A stretch of 64,000 nucleotides of DNA from a virus. A program made the translations under genes and the position numbers. Shown in pieces: positions 26,427-32,710 of the stretch. The notes under the pieces were generated by a model. That model did not search any database. It had not been told where the DNA came from and saw only the letters and a list, made by a program, of their open reading frames with translations. Each line of letters starts with the position of its first letter. Positions within the stretch are counted from its first letter, which is position 1. The DNA is taken from the IMG/VR virus record IMGVR_UViG_3300017971_000201, positions 1 to 64,000 of that record; one strand, 5' to 3'.

Positions 26427-26499
26427 GGGGCCTTAGCTCAGTTAGGAGAGCGCCGATCTGGCAGGTCGGAGGTCACGAGTGCGAATCTCGTAGGCTCCA
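26427..26499 (+). tRNA. tRNA-Ala(GGC)
   Basis: ccgat-ctggcag-gtcgg. Confidence 0.9.
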
Positions 26500-26500
26500 T

Positions 26501-26583
26501 GGAAGGTGATCTCGGCCAGCTGCCGAGCGCGGTTTTGAAAACCGATGGAGCTTCGGCTTGGGGTGCAACTCCTCCGCCTTCCG
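26501..26583 (+). tRNA. tRNA-Ser(TGA), 8/4 fold
   Basis: cggt-tttgaaa-accg; ggaaggtg/cgccttcc. Confidence 0.85.
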
Positions 26584-26584
26584 T

Positions 26585-26668
26585 GGGCTTCTACCGGAGA
26601 CCCAGTTCATGAGCGTGGTGGCCGGGCTCGCTAGCAGGGCGGGGTTCGATTCCCTCTGGAGGCTCCCA
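26585..26668 (+). ncRNA. tRNA-like element (T arm plus terminal stem)
   Basis: gggcttcta/tggaggctc stem, gggg-ttcgatt-ccct, ends cca. Confidence 0.4.
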
Positions 26669-26670
26669 AA

Positions 26671-26744
26671 GGGCGCGTAGCTCAGTTAGTCAGAGTGCCT
26701 CGGTGACATCGAGGAAGTCCTGGGTGCGAATCCCAGCGTGCCCA
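26671..26744 (+). tRNA. tRNA-Val(GAC)
   Basis: cctcg-gtgacat-cgagg. Confidence 0.9.
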
Positions 26745-26832
26745 TCGCAACTCGCGCGAGCGAGTCTGTGATGGTGGAGTGCGTCCGGTCTTCCGGTCGC
26801 CCCCGGCCGAGCCCCTCCCGGCTCGGCCACCT

Positions 26833-26903
26833 GGCCCCACGGTCTAGTAGCAAGATGCGAGTCTTTCACGCTCGAGAGGAGGGTGCGATTCCCTCTGGGG
26901 TCA
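26833..26903 (+). tRNA. tRNA-Glu(TTC)
   Basis: cgagt-ctttcac-gctcg. Confidence 0.9.
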
Positions 26904-26964
26904 TCGGCGATCCGCGCGACCGGCGGATGTAAGCGAGGCCACGCGCGGCCCCGCCCCAGCTCAC

Positions 26965-27035
26965 GCGGACGTACGTCAACAGCAGACTGTCGGGCTTCCA
27001 ACCCGTCGATGCCGGTGCAAATCCGGTCGTCCGCT
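26965..27035 (+). tRNA. tRNA-Gly(TCC)
   Basis: cggg-cttccaa-cccg. Confidence 0.85.
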
Positions 27036-27039
27036 TCCT

Positions 27040-27109
27040 GCCCCCGGCAGAGAGGCAGCCGGCTCTTCTAAAGCTGGCCTTCCCGGTGCGACTCCGGGCG
27101 GGGGTACCA
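27040..27109 (+). tRNA. Non-canonical tRNA-Arg(TCT)-like
   Basis: gcccccg/cgggggt, no clear D stem, 7-bp stem gccggct-cttctaa-agctggc, encoded CCA. Confidence 0.65.
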
Positions 27110-27110
27110 C

Positions 27111-27182
27111 GGGTCTGTGGTGTAACAGGAGCACACTCGGCTTTTACCCGAGGCGGTCAGGGTGCGAATCCCTGCGGACCCA
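27111..27182 (+). tRNA. tRNA-Lys(TTT)
   Basis: ctcgg-cttttac-ccgag. Confidence 0.9.
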
Positions 27183-27241
27183 TGAAACTTCCTTGCGGTT
27201 GTCGGCCGCAGGGTATAACCAAGACAGCGAGTGAAGGAGTC

Positions 27242-27306
27242 GTGCCGGTCCGAAGCCGATCCGTTTTCCCCACTTTCCCCCTTTAGGAAAAGCAACTGGC
27301 CGGCGC
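27242..27306 (+). ncRNA. Y-RNA-like gene, animal-Y-like architecture
   Basis: gtgccggtc-cgaag ... polypyrimidine loop ... ctggccggcgc. Confidence 0.7.
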
Positions 27307-27311
27307 GCTCC

Positions 27312-27324
27312 GCTCTTTGACAAC
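27312..27324 (+). promoter_or_regulatory. boxA-like antitermination site
   Basis: gctctttgacaac upstream of tmRNA. Confidence 0.6.
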
Positions 27325-27340
27325 TCGGGCACGAACACAC

Positions 27341-27689
27341 GGGGCTGACATGGCATCGACCGGGTCAGTGAATCTCGTGCTGCGTGTAGAGGTCCCCGGT
27401 TGGCCTCTCTAAACAACCGGGAAACTGAACAATTGCCAACGCACCTGTTCGCCTGGCAGCCTAAAAAGGCCGCCCCCAGCTGGATCCCCCGCCCATGGGG
27501 TGAAAGATCTGGGCCATAAGATGGGCTGGTCCCGCGCTGGAGTCTCAGCGGCAACGGACGAGAAACTACTGCGACGCCCCACGACCAGCATCCTGCTCTC
27601 GGTCTGGTCGCGGGTAAGCTCGAGAGCTACGCACGTAGACGCACGAAGGGATCGACTACGGGACCGGGGTTCGATTCCCCGCAGCTCCA
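27341..27689 (+). ncRNA. ssrA: tmRNA
   Basis: 5' ggggctga..gg.atcgac; tag ORF 27435-27464 = ANAPVRLAA*; 3' gaccggggttcgattccccgcagctcca. Confidence 0.95.
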
Positions 27690-27699
27690 GGTATCTCCA

Positions 27700-27728
27700 T
27701 TGAGCATCTCTCCTCCGCTCCATACAAT
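27700..27728 (+). promoter_or_regulatory. Sigma70-like promoter
   Basis: TTGAGC-17 nt-TACAAT followed by ggagg RBS. Confidence 0.6.
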
Positions 27729-27746
27729 CGGATCGGAGGTGCCGAG

Positions 27747-28352
27747 ATGCCCACAATGGAGACGATCGAGTGCGCCAGCTGCGGCCAGTCGGTTGAGAAG
27801 CCGCTCGGCGAGGTCACTCGATCGAAGAAGCTCGGCAGACCGATGTTCTGCGGTCTGTCGTGCTCGGCAACGCACAGGAACGCGACCAGAAAGGCGCGCG
27901 AGTTCGAGATGACCTGCGAGTGCGGTGAGGTGTTCACCACCACGACGCGCAACAAGGCCAAGCGTCACTGTTCGCGCTCATGTGCGAGCAGATTCTCGAT
28001 GACCAGAAGACGCCGGTCAGCGCAGCGCGCGGCCGGCAAGAAGCACAAGCAGAACCTCGACACAGCCAAGGCTATGAGGTCGCGAGAGGCTTGGAAGTAC
28101 TCGCTGCTGCGAGAAGAGTTGGGAGACCGGCCACATGAGTTCGAGTTCGAGCTTGGCGGTCGCATTTTCGACCTAGCCCTTCTCGACACCAAGATGCTGG
28201 TCGAGTTCGACGGTCCTAGTCATCGTGAAGGCCGACAACGGATGGAAGACGGAGCGAAAGACAAGCTCGCCGCCAAACTAGGATGGCGAGTCGTTCGACG
28301 GGAGGTGAAGCGGGCGACCGTGATCCACCCCTCGACGATCGAGGACTTGTAG
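27747..28352 (+). CDS. Zn-finger + DUF559/Vsr-like endonuclease
   Basis: Two CxxC..FC/HC.xxC repeats; FDLAL..LVEFDGPSH..D..KD..GWRVVR. Confidence 0.8.
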   Translation: MPTMETIECASCGQSVEKPLGEVTRSKKLGRPMFCGLSCSATHRNATRKAREFEMTCECGEVFTTTTRNKAKRHCSRSCASRFSMTRRRRSAQRAAGKKHKQNLDTAKAMRSREAWKYSLLREELGDRPHEFEFELGGRIFDLALLDTKMLVEFDGPSHREGRQRMEDGAKDKLAAKLGWRVVRREVKRATVIHPSTIEDL

Positions 28353-28375
28353 GGGTTCGATTCCCGCCAGCTCCA
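28352..28375 (+). repeat. Displaced duplicate of tmRNA 3' end
   Basis: ggggttcgattcccgccagctcca vs ggggttcgattccccgcagctcca at 27666-27689. Confidence 0.85.
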
Positions 28376-28379
28376 TCGA

Positions 28380-28453
28380 CGCGCGGTGGGCTAATCCGGT
28401 ACGCCGCCGGGCTCATAACCCGGAGACTGGGGGTTCGAATCCCTCCCGCGCTA
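28380..28453 (+). tRNA. tRNA-Met(CAT), initiator type
   Basis: ccggg-ctcataa-cccgg; 1:72 mismatch. Confidence 0.85.
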
Positions 28454-28480
28454 TCCCCTCTCGTCGATCACGATGTCGGC

Positions 28481-28603
28481 CGGCGGCCGAATGAACTGAC
28501 GGGAGTACATCAGTGAGCGCAGGCTCCTCTAGGTAACCTGGACTCGGCAGGGCTAGGAGGAGCCGACAACCCGGCGGCGTGACCGCAAGCTCTCACGTCG
28601 CCG
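28481..28603 (+). ncRNA. Y-RNA-like gene (longer, non-tRNA effector domain)
   Basis: cggcggccgaatg..ggagtacatc ... cacgtcgccg. Confidence 0.55.
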
Positions 28604-28641
28604 ACCAGGCGGTCGTGGGTGAGATCCCCGCGACCGTCATA

Positions 28642-28715
28642 GGACCGAATGCTCCGGCGGGACTACATCTTGAGGAGACGTTTCGTCTCGCTGACCCCAC
28701 AACGTCGGTCCACTA
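28642..28715 (+). ncRNA. Short Y-RNA-like gene 3
   Basis: ggaccgaatgc..gggactacatc ... caacgtcggtcc. Confidence 0.7.
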
Positions 28716-28721
28716 GAACAA

Positions 28722-28876
28722 CCCACGAATGCCTTGGGAGACTACATCCTGCAAGCCGGTGTCCGAATGGACGTGCGGGTTCGAGTCCCGCCCGGCCGCC
28801 TCGACGGCCGGTGGCGGAATGGTAGACGCGCCGGAGGTGGAGACACCATGAAGTCCCCCGCCCCTTACGTCGTGGG
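28722..28876 (+). ncRNA. yrlA: YrlA-type Y RNA (permuted tRNA mimic)
   Basis: cccacgaatgcc..gactacatc; then variable arm, T arm gcggg-ttcgagt-cccgc, loop-closed acceptor ccggccg/cggccgg, D arm tggcggaatggtagacgc; 3' acgtcgtggg closes the terminal stem. Confidence 0.85.
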
Positions 28877-28898
28877 CTCCACACAACACGTGCTAGGG

Positions 28899-29375
28899 AT
28901 GTACCTGTTCGGCTTCATCGTCGAAGACGACAAGACGCTGACCCCTGGTCTGATGGAGCGGATCGTGTCCGAGGAGAATCGCAGCGTGGTGGACATCCTC
29001 GCGGACATCGGCAAGACGCCGAAGGAGATCCGCCAGCTGATGCGCGAGACCGCCGAAGACATGGCGAGATGGTGCCTGCGCACGCACGTGCGTCCGGTCG
29101 ATGCCCGACACCGGATCCACGCCGCTGCGATGTCCGTCTTGAAGGGCCGGCGCTTCTCGGGAGCCTCCCCGAAGAGGTCGGCCGACAAGATGGTCTCGAG
29201 GATCATGTGCGACTACGAGCGCGACTACGGTAACTGGCTCGCCAGGGTGCGGCGCGAGCGAGCCCGGCAGGAGCGCGACGGCGAAGCCTACGTCCCCTGG
29301 CAGCAGCGTCATGCCAAGCAGCGTGCCGACGAACTCAAGAAGCGGTGGAAGGGCCGGCGGCGCGGGAAGCGATGA
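28899..29375 (+). CDS. Hypothetical protein
   Basis: ORF starting MYLFGFIV. Confidence 0.55.
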   Translation: MYLFGFIVEDDKTLTPGLMERIVSEENRSVVDILADIGKTPKEIRQLMRETAEDMARWCLRTHVRPVDARHRIHAAAMSVLKGRRFSGASPKRSADKMVSRIMCDYERDYGNWLARVRRERARQERDGEAYVPWQQRHAKQRADELKKRWKGRRRGKR

Positions 29376-29656
29376 GGAACCGCATCCAGAAGAACGATCG
29401 CGTCATCCTGGTGGACAACAGGATCCACCCGGAGATTCCGAACGGCACGCGCGGATGGGCCTACCACATCGCTACGATGATGGGCGGTGACGTATACGTG
29501 CGGTGGACCGATCGCTCGCCAGATGGCAGTTGCATCGATGACTGCTACTTCCCGCAGAGCTGCCTGGACCATCTGAGTGCTGTCGATCGGCTGGCAGAGC
29601 TGGTCAGCGCTGACCTGGGGTCGGGGAACACAGGTCCCCCAAGTGTTCTCCCATAA
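29372..29656 (+). CDS. Small SH3-like protein with SAVDRL motif
   Basis: DRVILV..GTRG..VYVRW..LDHLSAVDRLAELV. Confidence 0.6.
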   Translation: MRNRIQKNDRVILVDNRIHPEIPNGTRGWAYHIATMMGGDVYVRWTDRSPDGSCIDDCYFPQSCLDHLSAVDRLAELVSADLGSGNTGPPSVLP

Positions 29657-29706
29657 ACCTAGATTTTTCCGACAGGAGGAGCTAGGCTCTCGGTAGAGCT
29701 TGACCC

Positions 29707-29925
29707 ATGAGCCGCTCCGATGTAGTTGCTGCGAGCCTCGCTGCCACGTGCTCCGTCTGTGGGGAGACCCACCCGGAGGAATTCGAGGAGCGGTTCCGCG
29801 CGATTCTGGCCCAGGACCCGGCGCTCGCGTCTGATCCTGATGTCCAGTGGATCTTCACGTGCGGATCCTGCTCCGCCAAGGGTTTATGCCCGTGCTGCCA
29901 GGGCTCCCAGCAGGGAGCCGCCTAA
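29707..29925 (+). CDS. Small Zn-finger protein
   Basis: CSVC..CGSC..CPCC, like the C-terminus of 25816-26262. Confidence 0.55.
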   Translation: MSRSDVVAASLAATCSVCGETHPEEFEERFRAILAQDPALASDPDVQWIFTCGSCSAKGLCPCCQGSQQGAA

Positions 29926-29929
29926 GCAC

Positions 29930-30004
29930 GGACGCGTGGCCCAACGGCAGGAGGCTAACCACTTAAAATGGTTGAAGTTGTGGGTTCGACTCCCACCGCG
30001 TCCA
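29930..30004 (+). tRNA. tRNA-Leu(TAA), short variable region
   Basis: aacca-cttaaaa-tggtt; canonical GG/TTC elbow. Confidence 0.85.
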
Positions 30005-30332
30005 TTCCGGCCCTCTGAGGCCCTCTACGACGGGCAGGTATCAGGAGCCACGACCCCTACCGATCGTCCCGCCACGGGCCTCCACGGGCCGTACGATGGC
30101 GATCTGCTCCGCCTCGAGCATCATGCTCACTGCGTCACGGTGCTGTGGGGCAAGGCCGTCGGTCAGGTGGCGCCAGCGCTCCACGACCCTGGCGGTCCAG
30201 CCATCCGGGTCATCGTACCTGAGCACTCGATCGGCCGCCGGACCGTCCGGGTCGGCTATGGCCGCCAGACGATTGCCGACGCGGTTTGACCGAAGCGCAG
30301 GCCGAAGCCGGCGATCTTGGCGGTCGCGTAGT

Positions 30333-30680
30333 TCATTCTCCGCCGGCCAGGGCCGCCGCCTCCATGACGGCCGCTATGGCCATGACCGAGAGTGCCGCCG
30401 TCTCTTCTGTCTCTTCCTCCTCGATGATGCCGTCGGCGGCGGCGAGCCTGTCGGCCACCTCGCGCGCCGAGTGTAGATCGCCGGACACGACAGCCGATTC
30501 GAGGAGCAGACGCAGCCGATCCATCCCGCGATTGGCGATCTTGCGCTCGGTCAGCACGGTCGGATGATCATCGCTGAGCCCGGCGGCCAGCTGTGTCTCG
30601 AGCCGCAGACGAGACCGGGCGATCCTCTTGGCGAAGTAGGCGATGTCGTCGATGGCGCTGGCGCTGGGGATCTCGCTCAT
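30333..30680 (-). CDS. Hypothetical protein
   Basis: ORF with ggagg RBS. Confidence 0.55.
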   Translation of the reverse strand: MSEIPSASAIDDIAYFAKRIARSRLRLETQLAAGLSDDHPTVLTERKIANRGMDRLRLLLESAVVSGDLHSAREVADRLAAADGIIEEEETEETAALSVMAIAAVMEAAALAGGE

Positions 30681-30706
30681 GGAAGACCTCCAAGAGGGAT
30701 CCTACC

Positions 30707-31135
30707 TTAGCTCGACCAGACCCGCGTCTTCTTCTCCTCGACCGCCGCCATGAAGGCTTCGCGCTCCTCCTGGCCGACGGTGTTGATGTTCGACTTGAGC
30801 GCGACGAGGAACTCGCTGACCTGCTCATCGTCCCTCGAGTTTGTAGCGACATCCACCAGCGCGGCGACGAACCCCTCGACCTGGTTCTCGCTCTGGAGGT
30901 AGTTGATCAGTGAGCACGAGAGATGCAGGTCGTGCTTCGCGAGGGCCGCAGACGCGCGCAGCAGGGAGAGGATGTGCTCGCCCCGCTGGTCCCCGGTCGG
31001 GTTCTCCAGCTCGAGCTTACAGATGCGGCGCGCGAGGCCGACCGCGAGGTTGTGAAGCTGGTCAGCGCTGGCGCCTTCCAGATCAGCGGGATCGGGCTTC
31101 TTCATGAACTTGGCCGGGGTGGGTACGTCGGTCAC
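30707..31135 (-). CDS. Hypothetical protein
   Basis: Helical ORF. Confidence 0.55.
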   Translation of the reverse strand: MTDVPTPAKFMKKPDPADLEGASADQLHNLAVGLARRICKLELENPTGDQRGEHILSLLRASAALAKHDLHLSCSLINYLQSENQVEGFVAALVDVATNSRDDEQVSEFLVALKSNINTVGQEEREAFMAAVEEKKTRVWSS

Positions 31136-31907
31136 GGCTTCTCTGCCTCCTCGATGACGAGCTTGATTGAGTCCGAACCTTCTTGCTGTCGATCAGCGGA
31201 TTCGCCTCGAACCGGTCGACCATCGCGAGGATCTTCTCGTCGGTGATCTCGGCCTCGAGCGCGGTCACGGTCGCGTCGTCCACGTCGGGGCAGCGCATCC
31301 TGATGTGATTCATCTTGCCGATCCAGATGGTCTCGGTGACCCACTGCTGGACAGCGAGCACCAGAACGTCGATGTTCTTCGGATCGAGCATCGGCTCGAT
31401 CGAGACGCTGGTGGCCCAGCGACGAGTGCGGGCAAACGCGAGGCTGTCCATGCGTTCCTCGAACGTCGGCGCATTCGGCTCCCAGAACGAGAGCACCTCG
31501 TCGTCGGTGGCGCCGATCGTGAAGCGGAAGAGCACCTGGTCCTGCCACTCCTCCAGATCTGCGCAGAGCCGCTGGACGCACTCCAGATGCGGCTTGGTGA
31601 CGATGAGCACCTGGTTGCCGGCCGCGAGCACCTTCTTCAGGACGGTAACGCAGTCGTCGAGGATCGCGGGCGTGATGTCGTGCGCGGTGGGGAACATGAT
31701 CGTCTTCCCCTCGCGCAGGCCGTAGCGCTTGGTCACCCGAGCCTGGTCCACCACCTCGGTTGGCCAGCTGTCAGCCTCGACGCGCTTGAACCGGGTGACC
31801 GCGTTGTGCCGGGCGTAGCAGTACCGGCAGCCGTGTGAGCAGCCCTGGGCGATGTTGAGGTTCACCTCGGCCCATTCGGCGGTACCGGTCTTGCGCTTCT
31901 CGGTCAC
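31083..31907 (-). CDS. Radical SAM protein (SplB/DUF5131-like)
   Basis: GCSHGCRYCYA, FWEPNAP, SVSIEPML. Confidence 0.8.
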   Translation of the reverse strand: MTEKRKTGTAEWAEVNLNIAQGCSHGCRYCYARHNAVTRFKRVEADSWPTEVVDQARVTKRYGLREGKTIMFPTAHDITPAILDDCVTVLKKVLAAGNQVLIVTKPHLECVQRLCADLEEWQDQVLFRFTIGATDDEVLSFWEPNAPTFEERMDSLAFARTRRWATSVSIEPMLDPKNIDVLVLAVQQWVTETIWIGKMNHIRMRCPDVDDATVTALEAEITDEKILAMVDRFEANPLIDSKKVRTQSSSSSRRQRSRDRRTHPGQVHEEARSR

Positions 31908-32101
31908 ATCGTCTCCTGCGGGACCAACTCGGCGAGCTTCGCGGTCGCCGCCTCGCCTACCTCGCGAGCATCGCTCCTGAGCCAGTGCTCGTCCTGTCCT
32001 GTGGTGTGACAGTCGGCTGCGCCCTCGCGCCACGCGCTGTACAACTCCTCGATGAGGTGCTTCACCAGAGCCACAAGTTGCCTCTCGCGCTCGGCGGTCA
32101 C
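31904..32101 (-). CDS. Hypothetical protein
   Basis: Coupled ORF. Confidence 0.45.
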   Translation of the reverse strand: MTAERERQLVALVKHLIEELYSAWREGAADCHTTGQDEHWLRSDAREVGEAATAKLAELVPQETM

Positions 32102-32709
32102 GCCTCCTCCTCCTCCTCCTCCTCGCGCTCCCGAGACCGAACACGCAGCTTCGCGAGGAACGGGCCGATGATCGGATCGGTCTTGTTCTCGGCGGCGGCC
32201 CTCAAGAGCAGCTCGACCATGCCGCCGGCGTCCTGAAAGGCGCGGACCGACGCCTCGGCCTCTTCGATCGATGCTCGCTGCGCGCACGAGGTGAGGAAGC
32301 CGGACAGCCCGTTGCGGTATCGCTCGAAGGCCGCCTTGATAGCGTCTTCGCGGTCCTGGTCGGCGGCCTCAACATCGGTCCTGTTGACCATGCTGGTCTC
32401 CAGGATCGACAGGAACTCGCGGATGAGGTTCATCCGCTCCTCCCCCGGAGGAACCGTCCACTCCTTCGGGAGGGTCTCCGCCTCCGGGTGGGGTTCCTTC
32501 CAGATGAGACGGCCCTCGCGCATCGTGGCGTCGGCATCGGCGTTGAGCTTCTCGCACACCGACGAGATACCGGCCCGAGCCTCGTCGTCGAACTCGTAGA
32601 TCGGCATCGGGCCGACCGCCAGATCGATGTTGGCAACCGAGTCGGCGACCAGCTGACCAGCCGCGTCGGGTGGGAGTGCGAGCAACTGTTCAGTCGTGTA
32701 TGCGGCCAT
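32098..32709 (-). CDS. Hypothetical protein
   Basis: Coupled ORF with acidic tail. Confidence 0.55.
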   Translation of the reverse strand: MAAYTTEQLLALPPDAAGQLVADSVANIDLAVGPMPIYEFDDEARAGISSVCEKLNADADATMREGRLIWKEPHPEAETLPKEWTVPPGEERMNLIREFLSILETSMVNRTDVEAADQDREDAIKAAFERYRNGLSGFLTSCAQRASIEEAEASVRAFQDAGGMVELLLRAAAENKTDPIIGPFLAKLRVRSREREEEEEEEA

Positions 32710-32710
32710 C

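Noticed and set aside
26585-26668. tRNA-Sec
   Set aside because: It contains ttca and a T arm, but no proper anticodon stem around TCA and no D arm.
27040-27109. Amber suppressor reading (CTA anticodon)
   Set aside because: The stem gccggct/agctggc centres the loop cttctaa on TCT; a CTA-centred loop breaks the stem. TAG also serves as a normal stop in many genes here.
19847-28876. CRISPR or simple dispersed DNA repeat for the CGAATG..TACATC elements
   Set aside because: Copies are irregularly spaced and show compensatory stem changes, which fits structured RNA.
31083-31200. Possible frameshift at the radical SAM C-terminus
   Set aside because: The tail looks out of frame and overlaps the next gene, but mutation, sequencing error and programmed shift cannot be told apart from this sequence.
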